Assembly: GCA_046351535.1 (NCBI GenBank)
Contig: JAXLYG010000005.1
Span: forward strand, 37,334-101,333
Origin: Polyangiales bacterium
Lineage (GTDB): Bacteria > Myxococcota_A > Polyangia > Polyangiales > Ga0077539
Length of the DNA stretch: 64,000 bases
Direction: 5' to 3'
Shown here: positions 1 to 9,295 of the stretch, one piece after another
Numbering within the stretch: position 1 is the first letter of the stretch
Layout: each line of letters begins with the position of its first letter
The notes under the pieces: model-generated
The model's input: the letters and a program-made list of their open reading frames with translations, nothing else
Databases searched by the model: none
Told to the model about the DNA's origin: nothing
Translations under genes and position numbers: made by a program

Positions 1-102
1 TTCCCCGACGTGCGCTTCTCCCACCGGGCTTCGAAGCCTCCAGAAGCCCCCGCGGACCCTGGCTGACGTGTATGACACAGGGACCTGCGGCCCCGGCATG
101 CG

Positions 103-699
103 GTGCGTAATCCGCTCTCGAAACGCGGACCCGGCCTCACGAAACCGTCAGTTCGTCGATCAACCTTCGATCCCGCTTGCACCCCGGCGGGAGGCTACGC
201 GAAGACTTCAGCGCTCGATGGACTCCGACGACGATCCCCGCTCCCTCCTGCGCTCGCGTTCCTCCGCGACATCTGGGCGCTGAACCACGCCATCGAGCAG
301 ACCTCGATGCGCATGGAGTCGGCCCTCGGCGTGACCGCACAGCAGCGAATGATCCTGCGGATCGTGGGGCGCTTCCCAGAGATCACCGCGGGGCGCCTCG
401 CGCGGATGCTCCACGTCGACGCGGGCACGGTCTCCACCGCCCTGCGACGGATGGAGGCGCGGGGCCTCATCCTCCGCCGCCAGGACCCCAAGGACCGCCG
501 TCGCGTGTCGTTGCGCCTCGCCGCCGCGGGGCGCCGCCTCGACGTGGCGACGCAGGGCACCGTCGAGAGCGCCGTCGAGACCATGCTCTCGCAGACCGAT
601 CCCGCCGCGCTCGAGACCGTCCGCGCCGTGCTCGCGAACCTCACGAAGGGGCTCTCGACGGGCCCCGACGGCGAGGACCTCGACGCCCCCGTAGGCTGA
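103..699 (+). CDS. MarR-family transcriptional regulator. The ORF begins with GTG at 103; the true start may lie further downstream.
   Basis: The translation carries a winged-helix MarR signature (…QQRMILRIVGRFPEITAGRLARMLHVDAGTVSTALRRMEARGLILRRQDPKDRRRVSLRLAAAG…) in a protein-like frame. Confidence 0.6.
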   Translation: MRNPLSKRGPGLTKPSVRRSTFDPACTPAGGYAKTSALDGLRRRSPLPPALAFLRDIWALNHAIEQTSMRMESALGVTAQQRMILRIVGRFPEITAGRLARMLHVDAGTVSTALRRMEARGLILRRQDPKDRRRVSLRLAAAGRRLDVATQGTVESAVETMLSQTDPAALETVRAVLANLTKGLSTGPDGEDLDAPVG

Positions 700-702
700 G
701 CC

Positions 703-1707
703 TCAGCTCGCGGCGGTGGCGTAGCGGGCGAGGGCCTTCGCGTGGGCCGCGTGCACGCGCTCGACGAGCTCCGGGGGCTCGCGCACCACGGCGTTGGCGC
801 CCCAGCGGAGCACCCAGCCCACGACCTCGGTGATGTTCGTCACGTCGAACTCCACGCGGAGGCTCCCGTCGTCGGTGCGGGTGATGCGCTGCGAGTGGTG
901 CCACTCGCGGGGCTCGATGTACTGCGCCACGGCGGCGTCGAAGTCGACCACGACGTGCTTGCGCTCGCCCGTGGTGAAGAGCCCGAAGGCGCCTTCGAAG
1001 TTCTTCGACACGTCGATGCTCGGGTCGCGCTTGAAGGCCGCGTTGGCGAGGGCCCTCACGCGGCGCATGCGCTCGACGGCGAAGGTGCGGAGCTCGCCCT
1101 TCTGCACGTCGCGGCCGACCACGTAGAGGCCGTTCTGGTAGAGCACCAGGGCGTAGGGCTCGACCTTGCGCGCGCCCGGCGTCGTGCCGCCCTCGTACTG
1201 GAACTGAAGGGTCAGCGTGCGCAGGATGCCGTCGTAGATCTCGTAGATCTGGTCCTTGAGCTTGCGGTAGTTCTTCGGCGCCTCGGGGATGTACACGAAG
1301 CGCTCGATCATCGCGCCCTCCTCCTCGCCCGCGGGGAAGAGCTTCGCGAAGAGCTGCGAGAAGTCGTCGTGGAGGGGCGTGCCCGCGAGCACGTCGAAGA
1401 CGCGCCGCACCGCCGCGAGCGAGTACCGCTGAAAGCGCGTGAGGCGGATGGGCTCCGTCGTGCGGCCCGTGCGGATGCGCCGGACCCTGCGCTCGCCGTC
1501 GACGTCGGCGTGCTCGATCTCGGTGCCCGAGAGCTCGAGGGCCTTGAGGTCGCGGCGGATCGAGCGCGCGGTCACGCCGAGCTCGCGCGCCGCGTCGTCG
1601 ATGCGCACGCCCTCGGGCGACGCCTCGAGGAGCTGGAACAGCCGGAACAGTCGGACCGCTTGCGTGTATTGCCCCGAGGGGCGTCCCGGCGATGGCTTTC
1701 GAGGCAT
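703..1707 (-). CDS. Transcriptional regulator with an HTH and a WYL domain, of the YafY/PafBC type.
   Basis: An N-terminal HTH (AARELGVTARSIRRDLKALE) is followed by a 334-aa body typical of WYL/WCX regulators, and the ATG at 1705-1707 is confirmed as CAT on the plus strand. Confidence 0.75.
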   Translation of the reverse strand: MPRKPSPGRPSGQYTQAVRLFRLFQLLEASPEGVRIDDAARELGVTARSIRRDLKALELSGTEIEHADVDGERRVRRIRTGRTTEPIRLTRFQRYSLAAVRRVFDVLAGTPLHDDFSQLFAKLFPAGEEEGAMIERFVYIPEAPKNYRKLKDQIYEIYDGILRTLTLQFQYEGGTTPGARKVEPYALVLYQNGLYVVGRDVQKGELRTFAVERMRRVRALANAAFKRDPSIDVSKNFEGAFGLFTTGERKHVVVDFDAAVAQYIEPREWHHSQRITRTDDGSLRVEFDVTNITEVVGWVLRWGANAVVREPPELVERVHAAHAKALARYATAAS

Positions 1708-1728
1708 GGACGGTCAATGTCACAGTCT

Positions 1729-1753
1729 CTCTCTCGCGTAAAGAGCCTGTGAC
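1729..1753. promoter_or_regulatory. Inverted repeat GTCACAG-N11-CTGTGAC in the divergent intergenic region between the WYL regulator gene and moaB.
   Basis: The repeat was read directly in the 78-bp divergent intergenic region. Confidence 0.3.
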
Positions 1754-1785
1754 GCGCGGGGCTTTGTCGTTACCTTTCGCGCGCC

Positions 1786-2277
1786 ATGGCGCACGCACAT
1801 CAGGGTTCCGTCACGCCGCGCGTCGCGACGCTCACCGTCAGCGACACGCGCACCGAGGCCGACGACAAGAGCGGGCAGACGCTCCGCGCGCTGCTCGCGG
1901 AGGCGGGCTTCGAACTCGCCCCCCACGCGATCGTCCGCGACGACGTCGAGGCCATTCGAAGCGCCGTGCGCGCGGCCCTCGACGGGGCCGGCACCGACGC
2001 GGTGATCGCCACGGGGGGCACCGGGATCGCGCCGCGAGACCAGACCTTCGAAGCCGTGGCGCCGATGCTGCACAAGACCCTCGACGGCTTCGGCGAGGTG
2101 TTTCGACGGCTCTCGTGGGACGAGATCGGCGCCCGGTCGATCCTCTCGCGCGCCGTGGCGGGCACGGTGGATCGCGCCGTGGTGATCGCCCTGCCCGGGA
2201 GCACCGCCGCCGTGAGCCTCGCCGTGACGAAGATCATCGCGCCGATGCTCCCGCACGCGGTCGCGCTCCTGCGGTAG
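1786..2277 (+). CDS. moaB: Molybdenum cofactor biosynthesis protein B of the MogA/MoaB family.
   Basis: It has the GGTGIAPRDQT motif and the MogA-fold length (163 aa), and it is followed by moeA and moaD. Confidence 0.85.
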   Translation: MAHAHQGSVTPRVATLTVSDTRTEADDKSGQTLRALLAEAGFELAPHAIVRDDVEAIRSAVRAALDGAGTDAVIATGGTGIAPRDQTFEAVAPMLHKTLDGFGEVFRRLSWDEIGARSILSRAVAGTVDRAVVIALPGSTAAVSLAVTKIIAPMLPHAVALLR

Positions 2278-2290
2278 TAGTCTCCGCGCG

Positions 2291-3493
2291 ATGCTCACCT
2301 ACGAAGAAGCCCTCGCGCGCGTGCTCCACGACTGCCCCTCGACGGGCGAGGAGCGCGTGCACTTCGCCGACAGCGTGGGCCGCGTGCTCGCCGACGACGT
2401 GCGCGCCCGCGCCCCGCAGCCCGCGTTCGACTACAGCGCCATGGACGGCTACGCGGTGAAGGCCGACGACCTCGCGAGCGAGCTCCGCGCGCTGATGGTT
2501 CACGGCGAGAGCCGCACGGGCGGAGGCGCGCCGCCCCCCCTCGCCGGGGGGACCGCGTGTCGGATCTTCACGGGCGCGATGATCCCCGACGGGGCCGACG
2601 CCGTGGTGATGCAGGAGGAGGTCACGCGCGAGGGCGACGTCGCCCGCTTCGCGCGCTCCCCCAGGGTCGGAGAGCACATCCGACGGCGCGGCGAAGACGT
2701 GGCCGAAGGGTCCGTCGTGCTCGCGAAGGGCACGCGCGTGACGCCGTTCTCCATCGCGCTCATGGCCTCTGTCGAAGCGCTGCGGGTCACCGTCGCGCGG
2801 CGTCCCGTGGTGTCGATCGTGTCGACGGGCGACGAGCTCCGCGACGCGGGATCGCCCGACCGCCTCGGCAGCGTCGTCGACGCCAACGGCCCTGGGATCG
2901 CGGCCCTCGTGGCGATGTGCGGCGGCGCGCCGAGGGTGCTCCCCTTCGCGCGCGACGACCTCGCGAGCACCGAGGCGACGCTCGTGAGCGCGCTCGCGTC
3001 GAGCGACCTGGTGATCACCGTCGGCGGCGTGAGCGTGGGCGACCACGACGTGGTGCGCGACGCGATGGAGCGCGCGGGCGTCACGCTCGATTTCTGGAAG
3101 GTCGCCATCAGGCCCGGCAAGCCCCTCTGCCTCGGCCGCTCGGGCCGCGCGCGCGTGCTCGGTCTGCCGGGGAACCCCTCGTCGGCGATGCTCACCTTCG
3201 TGCTCTTCGGCGCCGCCCTCCTCCGCGCGATGCAGGGCGATCGGAGCCCCGTCGCGCCGCGCGTCGAGGCCACGCTCGACGGAGAGATCCGCCACGCGCC
3301 GGGCCGCGCCTCGTTCGTGCGCGTGACGCTCGACGAGCGGGGACCGCGGCTCATCGCGCGCCCGCTGCCGAACCAGGCGTCGGGCGCGGTGACCTCGTTC
3401 GCGTGGGCCGACGCGCTCGCGATGATCCCCATCGAGGACGGCGACGCCGCCTCGGGAACGACCGTTCGCTGCGTGAGGCTGCGCGATGTCTGA
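2291..3493 (+). CDS. moeA: Molybdopterin molybdotransferase MoeA.
   Basis: The 400-aa protein has the MoeA N-terminus (YEEALARVL…FDYSAMDGYAV) and the MoeA domain order. Confidence 0.9.
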   Translation: MLTYEEALARVLHDCPSTGEERVHFADSVGRVLADDVRARAPQPAFDYSAMDGYAVKADDLASELRALMVHGESRTGGGAPPPLAGGTACRIFTGAMIPDGADAVVMQEEVTREGDVARFARSPRVGEHIRRRGEDVAEGSVVLAKGTRVTPFSIALMASVEALRVTVARRPVVSIVSTGDELRDAGSPDRLGSVVDANGPGIAALVAMCGGAPRVLPFARDDLASTEATLVSALASSDLVITVGGVSVGDHDVVRDAMERAGVTLDFWKVAIRPGKPLCLGRSGRARVLGLPGNPSSAMLTFVLFGAALLRAMQGDRSPVAPRVEATLDGEIRHAPGRASFVRVTLDERGPRLIARPLPNQASGAVTSFAWADALAMIPIEDGDAASGTTVRCVRLRDV

Positions 3494-3737
3494 CCGGGTG
3501 ACGGTGCTTCTCTTCGCGGCCGTGCGCGAGGTGGTCGGCGCCTCGGAGGTCACCCTCGCGATCGACGGAGCCTCGACGGCGTCGTCGCTGCTTTCGGCGT
3601 TGTGTGAGCGCGTTCCTGCGCTCACGCCGTACGTGCCTTCGCTGAGGGTGGCGGTCAACGGCGCCTACGTGGGCCCTGATGACGCGGTGAAAGCGGGGGA
3701 CGAGGTCGCGATCATTCCCCCCGTGGCGGGGGGATAG
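3486..3737 (+). CDS. moaD: Molybdopterin synthase sulfur-carrier subunit MoaD.
   Basis: The 83-aa ubiquitin-like protein ends in Gly-Gly (…PPVAGG) and overlaps the end of moeA. Confidence 0.8.
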   Translation: MSDRVTVLLFAAVREVVGASEVTLAIDGASTASSLLSALCERVPALTPYVPSLRVAVNGAYVGPDDAVKAGDEVAIIPPVAGG

Positions 3738-3743
3738 CGGTCG

Positions 3744-4904
3744 TTACGACGAGGCGTCGAGCATCTCGCGCACGCCGGCGATCATGGCGCCCACGCTCGT
3801 CGCGGGGCTCTGCGCGCCGACGGAGACCCAGCGCGCGTCGGTGACCTTGAGCGTCTCCGCGACCTTCTCGGCCACGAGCACCGCGCGCTCGTGCTCGCGC
3901 ACCGCGGGAGACATCCGTTCGAGCGCCTCGGCGCGCGCCATCTCGGCGTCGCGATCGGCCTCGGCCTGCGCCCTCTGGAGCGCGAGCCGCGCGTCGGACT
4001 CCTCGCGCTCTCGGGCGGCGCGCGCGCGGGCCACGTCGAGCTCCAGCGCTTCGCGGGCCAGCGAGTGTTCGCGTTCGAGCTCCAGCTCCTTCGCGCGGAG
4101 GCTGTGCTGCGACGCGGCCTGCGCGAGCCCGAGGGTGCGCTCACGCTCGATCGCGGCCTCACGCGCGATGCGCTCCTGCTCGGCGCGTTCGGCCTCGGCG
4201 CGGGTCGTCGATTCGAGCTCGGCCGACGCGATGCGGGCGGCCACCTCGCGGCGCACGCGCTCGGACTCCTCGCGGAGGCGCTCGGTCTCGGGCGCCGAGA
4301 GCTGCGCCTGCACCACGGGGTCGACGGGACGCGTCGCGAGCACCTCGACCTGATCGATGTTCACGCCCATCTCCGAGGTCGCCTCGCGGAGGCGCTCGGT
4401 GAGCCCGTCCACGAGGTCGTCCTGTCGGCCGAGGAGCTTCGCGAGCGACATGGTCGACGCGTGTCGCTGCGCGACGGCCGAGAGGATCTGCTGAAACGCC
4501 TTGTGCTGCGGCGAGGTGAGCAGATGCTTCGGGTGCTTGAGCGCCGGCGGCGGGCGCATGAGGTTGGCGATGCCGAGGCGGCTGTACGCCCGGAAGGGCG
4601 CGTCACCCTCGGCGGCCACCGACCAGAAGATGAAGCCCTCGACGCGCACGGCGATGCGTTCGAGGCTGAGCGCTTCGACGGCGAAGCCCACGCGCTGCAT
4701 CGTGCTGCTGAAGCGCACGACCACGTCGCCTGGTCGACGGAGCATCGAGACGCCGACGCCCGCGTTCACGAGGGCGCCGTTGCGCACGCAGAGGAGCCAC
4801 TCGTCAGGCTGCGCGCTCACGTAGAGCCGCCGCGCGGCGCGGGCGATCCACCAGAGCGCGGCGAGGCAGAGGGCTGCGTTGATCCATCGGGGGTCGAAGG
4901 TCAT
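3744..4904 (-). CDS. SPFH/band-7 (flotillin-like) membrane protein with a long coiled-coil C-terminus.
   Basis: An N-terminal TM segment and SPFH-like core are followed by an E/R/A-rich coiled-coil tail. Confidence 0.7.
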   Translation of the reverse strand: MTFDPRWINAALCLAALWWIARAARRLYVSAQPDEWLLCVRNGALVNAGVGVSMLRRPGDVVVRFSSTMQRVGFAVEALSLERIAVRVEGFIFWSVAAEGDAPFRAYSRLGIANLMRPPPALKHPKHLLTSPQHKAFQQILSAVAQRHASTMSLAKLLGRQDDLVDGLTERLREATSEMGVNIDQVEVLATRPVDPVVQAQLSAPETERLREESERVRREVAARIASAELESTTRAEAERAEQERIAREAAIERERTLGLAQAASQHSLRAKELELEREHSLAREALELDVARARAAREREESDARLALQRAQAEADRDAEMARAEALERMSPAVREHERAVLVAEKVAETLKVTDARWVSVGAQSPATSVGAMIAGVREMLDASS

Positions 4905-4908
4905 GGTG

Positions 4909-5553
4909 CTACCTCTTTCGTGACGTGGGCGCCCGCGAAGTCTCGGACGCGTCGGGGGGCCATTCGAGGAGCGAGGCGGCGAGGGCGTGGACGGCGGGCG
5001 CGGCGCTCCCTCGCGGGATGAGCCCCGGCGACGCCCCGTGGAGCACGTAGTACCCCTGGATCGCCGCGAAGACCGCGGTCGCCACGGAGCGCGCCCTCTT
5101 CGTGTCGAGGGAGCGCTCTTTCAGATCGTCGCGCGCGACGTCTTCGAGACGCCCCACGAGGGTCTTCACGGCGTCGTCGTGGCCCGCGCGCACCTCGGCG
5201 TCGCGGAGGGCCTCGGCGCTGAGGGCGATCCAGCAGGCGAGGGCCTCGTGGTCTTCTTCTGCGCCGCGCGCGAGGTGGCAGTCGATGAACGCCCGCACCT
5301 TCGCGCGAGGTCCTTCGACGCGCGACATCCAGCGGTCGATGCGCTCGAGGTGCGAGGCCACGACGAGCTCCTGCATCGCGAGGAGCACGTCGAGCTTGCG
5401 GTGAAAGTGGTAGTGCACCAGGCCCTGCGCGAGCCCCGCCTCGCGGGCGATCTCGTGCACCGAGGCCCGCTCGTAGCCCTCGCGCGCCACCACGCGCACC
5501 ATCGCCGACGCGATCTGCGCGCGCCGCTCGTCGCTGTTCGAAGCCCTCGCCAT
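4909..5553 (-). CDS. TetR-family transcriptional regulator. The ORF track extends it to 5580 with a TTG start.
   Basis: It has a TetR HTH (…RASVHEIAREAGLAQGLVHYHF…), and the ATG at 5551-5553 is confirmed on the plus strand as CAT. Confidence 0.8.
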   Translation of the reverse strand: MARASNSDERRAQIASAMVRVVAREGYERASVHEIAREAGLAQGLVHYHFHRKLDVLLAMQELVVASHLERIDRWMSRVEGPRAKVRAFIDCHLARGAEEDHEALACWIALSAEALRDAEVRAGHDDAVKTLVGRLEDVARDDLKERSLDTKRARSVATAVFAAIQGYYVLHGASPGLIPRGSAAPAVHALAASLLEWPPDASETSRAPTSRKR

Positions 5554-5568
5554 CTGCGCTCCAGAATC

Positions 5569-5584
5569 TTGGTTGGTCAACCAA
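5569..5584. promoter_or_regulatory. Palindrome TTGGTTG-GT-CAACCAA 16-31 nt upstream of the TetR gene start, a candidate autoregulatory operator.
   Basis: The palindrome was read directly. Its position overlaps the presumed promoter of the TetR gene. Confidence 0.4.
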
Positions 5585-5706
5585 CTTATATGGGAGTGCG
5601 TAGGGTGAAGGCAACAGGAGGCGCGGGCGATTCGTGATCGCGGGCGTTTCGGAGGTGGGGCTGTGGGGGGAGTTACGTAGCGGAGGCGGAGGGCGGGAGG
5701 CGGAGG

Positions 5707-6213
5707 TCAGCCGATGGCGGCGACGCAGAGCGACTCGATCTGGCGCTCCATGTCGTTCTCGCTGATGTGCTTGGCGAGGGCGAGCTCCTTGAGGAGGAGG
5801 GCGCGGGCCTGGTCCATGAGGCGGCGCTCGCCGTAGGAGAGTTCCTTCTCGTTGAGGAACTTCACGCGGTAGAGGTCACGGAGCACACGGGCGACCTCGG
5901 TGGGCGAGCCGCTCTTGAGCATCTCGTTGTAGGCGCGCTGACGGCGGTTCCAGGGGCCGGCTCCGACGGCCTTCTCCTTCGATTGAAAGACGGCGAGCAC
6001 CGCGTCGGCGTCGCCGGGAGACATCACACCGCGAAGGCCCACAGACACCGCCGCACGCAGCGGGACCATCACCTTCATCCCCGACTCGAGGATCTTCAAC
6101 ACGTAGAAGGACCCTGCGTTCCCCGCGACCTCGCGAGACTCGATCGCGGTGACCTCCCCGACGCCGTGCGCGGGGTGGACGGCCTTGTCTCCGACCTGGA
6201 AGCTGGACTCCAT
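5707..6213 (-). CDS. CarD/CdnL-family transcription factor (RNAP-interacting).
   Basis: The N-terminal motif (…FQVGDKAVHPAHGVGEV…YYVLKI…) matches the CarD_CdnL_TRCF domain, and the protein is 168 aa. Confidence 0.85.
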   Translation of the reverse strand: MESSFQVGDKAVHPAHGVGEVTAIESREVAGNAGSFYVLKILESGMKVMVPLRAAVSVGLRGVMSPGDADAVLAVFQSKEKAVGAGPWNRRQRAYNEMLKSGSPTEVARVLRDLYRVKFLNEKELSYGERRLMDQARALLLKELALAKHISENDMERQIESLCVAAIG

Positions 6214-6481
6214 CCGATTCTCTCCTCGAAGCGCCTGGGCGGCGCATCATCGACAGGAACGATCGACGCGCATCCGGCACAGGGAAACACGAGGTACCGA
6301 GCGAAGGATCTTCGCCCGCGACGTTCGCGTCTCCCCCGTCGGAGCGCTGTGTGTCGCCGTGGATGCGCGACGTCTTCTGGACAGGGAATGCCGTCTCGGT
6401 TCGACGGTGATGTCCTCGTTGGTATCACGCACGACGCAGGGGGTCAAAATACGTGCAGGTTCTTGTCCTCCCCGCGTCACG

Positions 6482-7381
6482 TCAGCGCGTCGGACTTTCG
6501 CCCACGCGCCCGCGCAACACGTCGGCCATCGCATCGAGCGCGGCCCACGGGATCTCCACGCGCAGCGCCATCCCGCTCTCTCCGCCCGTGATCGCGACGT
6601 CGGTCGCGCGGGCCCACCGCGGCGCGCCCACGGACTCACCGAGCGGCCCTCGCGCGAACTCGTCGAGCGCGCGTCGCGCCATCACCTCCGCGTCACGCGG
6701 CAACCTCCCTTCGAGCGTCGCGTCCACAACCAGCCCTCGCTCGCTCGCCCGCGCGCTCACCTCGACGTCGTGAACGCCTTCGAGCAGCGCCGTCGGCGCG
6801 TGCTCGTCGAGCTCCGCGGGGATCGTCGTGTCGTGCCACCGCAGCAGCGCACCCGCTCCGCTCGCGGCGTCGCGCGTCACCCCCGCGGCGTCGCGCGGAC
6901 GGAGCGCCTGCTCGTTGGCCCGCGCGCTCGTGGGGCCCTCGCCGTAGGCCGCGAAGGCGCAGTCGCTCCAGAGCGCGAGCGCGACGGGGTCGCGGCCGAG
7001 CGTGCCCTCGACGCGCACGACGCCCGCCCGCTCCATGCGCCCCCGCGGCGGGAGCAGCCGCTCCCAGAGCATCGCCTCGATGCGCCGCGCGTCGAAGGTC
7101 CCCACGCCCGCGCTCCACGTGGTGCGCGCGCTCCACGCGACGACGGCCTCGTCGATCGTGCGCACGTCGTAGCCGACCCGCCTCGCGCGATCGAAGAGGG
7201 CCTGGTCTCCCGCGTCGTCGAAGGCCCTCGCCATGATCCTCCCGAGCCTCGGGTGTTCGAAGAGCGCCCTCGGCCGCGCGATCACCCAGCGCGTCGCGCC
7301 GTCGGGCACGATCGCCTCGAGCGAGCTCGGGCAGCGCGCGGTCGCGGTCGCCGAAACGGGCGCGCGCGCCGTGGTCCCCAT
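6482..7381 (-). CDS. Hypothetical protein, possibly a lipoprotein; the start is uncertain.
   Basis: The minus frame immediately downstream of recA is protein-like. An upstream in-frame stretch [14 protein letters not shown] looks like a lipoprotein signal but has no ATG or GTG, and the first ATG is at 7379-7381. Confidence 0.4.
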   Translation of the reverse strand: MGTTARAPVSATATARCPSSLEAIVPDGATRWVIARPRALFEHPRLGRIMARAFDDAGDQALFDRARRVGYDVRTIDEAVVAWSARTTWSAGVGTFDARRIEAMLWERLLPPRGRMERAGVVRVEGTLGRDPVALALWSDCAFAAYGEGPTSARANEQALRPRDAAGVTRDAASGAGALLRWHDTTIPAELDEHAPTALLEGVHDVEVSARASERGLVVDATLEGRLPRDAEVMARRALDEFARGPLGESVGAPRWARATDVAITGGESGMALRVEIPWAALDAMADVLRGRVGESPTR

Positions 7382-7434
7382 CGAGGACCGCGACGCGCAC
7401 GCGGTGGAGGCAGCGATCAGCAGGAGCGAGCGGA

Positions 7435-8520
7435 TCAGGCCTGCGCCTTGGGGCGGTCCTTTTCCTTCGCGGCCTTGGGGGCCTCGGGCTTCTCGTCGGG
7501 CTTGCCGTTGAGGTTGCCGGGCTTCTTGAGGTTGTGCTTCGCGAGCACCTCGGACTCGACCTTGAGCAAGGTCTCGGGGTTCTTGTCGAGGTACGCCTTC
7601 GCCGCCTCGCGCCCCTGACCGATGCGCTCGCCCTTGTACGAGTACCACGCGCCCGACTTCTCGACGATCCCGGCCTCGCTGGCAAGGTCGAGGAGGTCGC
7701 CGCACTTCGAGATGCCCTGCCCGTAGAGGATGTCGAACTCCACCTCGCGGAAGGGCGCGGCCATCTTGTTCTTCACGACCTTCACGCGCGTGCGGTTGCC
7801 CACGACGGCCTCGCCGTCTTTGAGGGCGCCCACGCGGCGCACGTCGAGGCGCATCGACGAGTAGAACTTCAGCGCGTTGCCGCCCGTGGTGGTCTCGGGG
7901 TTGCCGAACATCACGCCGATCTTCATGCGGATCTGGTTGATGAAGATCATCATGCAGTTCGAGCGGTGCACCGTCGCCGTGAGCTTGCGCAGCGCTTGAG
8001 ACATCAGCCTCGCCTGGAGGCCCGGGAGCTGGTCGCCCATCTCTCCCTCGATCTCGGCCTTCGGCACGAGCGCGGCGACCGAGTCGATCACCACGATGTC
8101 GACGGCGCCCGAGCGCACGAGCATGTCGGCGATCTCGAGGGCCTGCTCGCCGTTGTCGGGCTGCGAGATGAGCAGCTCGTCGGTCTTCACCCCGAGCTTC
8201 TTCGCGTAGTTCACGTCGAGCGCGTGCTCGGCGTCGACGAAGGCCGCCACGCCGCCGGCCTTCTGCGCCTCGGCGATCGCGTGCAGCGAGAGCGTCGTCT
8301 TGCCCGAGCTCTCAGGCCCGTACACCTCGATGATGCGCCCGCGGGGGTAGCCGCCCACGCCGAGCGCGATGTCGAGCGACACGGAGCCCGACGAGATCAC
8401 CTTCACCTCGTTGGCTGCGTCCTTGGCCTCGGTGTCGAGGCGCATCACCGCGCCCTTGCCGTACTGCTTCTCGATGCCGAGCAGCGCCAGTTCGAGGGCC
8501 TTCTTGCGATTCTCGTCCAT
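7435..8520 (-). CDS. recA: Recombinase RecA.
   Basis: It has Walker A (GPESSGKTT), RecA L1/L2 regions and the length. The start was chosen at [10 protein letters not shown], with the ATG confirmed as CAT at 8518-8520. Confidence 0.95.
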   Translation of the reverse strand: MDENRKKALELALLGIEKQYGKGAVMRLDTEAKDAANEVKVISSGSVSLDIALGVGGYPRGRIIEVYGPESSGKTTLSLHAIAEAQKAGGVAAFVDAEHALDVNYAKKLGVKTDELLISQPDNGEQALEIADMLVRSGAVDIVVIDSVAALVPKAEIEGEMGDQLPGLQARLMSQALRKLTATVHRSNCMMIFINQIRMKIGVMFGNPETTTGGNALKFYSSMRLDVRRVGALKDGEAVVGNRTRVKVVKNKMAAPFREVEFDILYGQGISKCGDLLDLASEAGIVEKSGAWYSYKGERIGQGREAAKAYLDKNPETLLKVESEVLAKHNLKKPGNLNGKPDEKPEAPKAAKEKDRPKAQA

Positions 8521-8624
8521 GGTGTTGGTCTCCGGTGTGTCTTCGCGCACGAGCGCGGTGTGCGGCTGGTGTCGCCATTCCGAGGCGGTGTCCTCAGCGC
8601 CTCGACGAACGGTGATGTAGCCCG

Positions 8625-8644
8625 CCACTGAACATCCGTAAAGG
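8625..8644 (-). promoter_or_regulatory. Possible LexA/SOS box upstream of recA (minus-strand read CTTTACGGATGTTCAG), with the GTTCAG core of the delta-proteobacterial-type LexA box.
   Basis: The motif lies about 105 nt upstream of the recA start. It is a partial match to the remembered consensus CTRHAMRYBYGTTCAGS. Confidence 0.3.
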
Positions 8645-8646
8645 AC

Positions 8647-9291
8647 TCATCCTTCGCCCGTGGACATACTCTGTCCCGACTTCTCGGGAGCGGCTTGTTT
8701 CACGGGTTCTGCGCGCTTCACGGGCTCCCCGAGGGGGTGCCGTGAGAGGCAGAGGTGCTCGGCGCCCGCGCGCGTGAGGTCGCTGCGGTAGAGCATCACG
8801 TCGTGCACGGTCCCGACGCCGACGTCGACGCGCGGGAGGTTGATCTCGGCCAGAGCTCCGGCCTGATGGCGCACGCGGGCCACGGTGACGTGCCCGAGGA
8901 ACGCGCGATTCTCCCTTGAAAAACCGAGCTCTACGAGGGCCTCTTCGACGTCGCGGGCGAGCGCCGCGAGGGCCTCGTGCCCCTCGGAGACCCCCACCGC
9001 GAGCACCTTCGGAGACTCGCGGTCGGGGAGGCACACGAGGTCGCGCAGGCCGAGGCGCATGGGGCCGTGACGGCGCACCACCGCCGCGAGCGCGTCGCTG
9101 ATCGCGGGCGTCGTCCCCGCGTCGATCTCGCCGAGGAACTTCAGCGTCAGGTGCATGTTGGGCGGCGGCGTCCACGACGCCTTCCAGCCCGCGGCGTCGA
9201 GGGACCTGCGGAGCGCGCGCGAGGTGTCCGCGAGCCTCCGGGTGGTGCCCAGGTCGACGAGGCACCCGACGAACGCGCGCAGGGTCTCCAT
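8647..9291 (-). CDS. thpR: RNA 2',3'-cyclic phosphodiesterase (2H phosphoesterase) ThpR/LigT.
   Basis: It has two H-x-T/S-x motifs (HLTLKF and HVTVAR) at the spacing seen in the LigT family. Confidence 0.8.
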   Translation of the reverse strand: METLRAFVGCLVDLGTTRRLADTSRALRRSLDAAGWKASWTPPPNMHLTLKFLGEIDAGTTPAISDALAAVVRRHGPMRLGLRDLVCLPDRESPKVLAVGVSEGHEALAALARDVEEALVELGFSRENRAFLGHVTVARVRHQAGALAEINLPRVDVGVGTVHDVMLYRSDLTRAGAEHLCLSRHPLGEPVKRAEPVKQAAPEKSGQSMSTGEG

Positions 9292-9295
9292 CGCG

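Noticed and set aside
641-1798. The 385-aa minus ORF and the plus ORFs at 177-833 and 742-1752.
   Set aside because: These frames overlap the WYL-regulator and MarR genes and are Arg/Pro/Gly-rich with no motifs.
6149-7618. A 489-aa plus ORF.
   Set aside because: It is an Arg/Ala-rich shadow frame opposite the gene at 6482-7381 and the recA 3' end.
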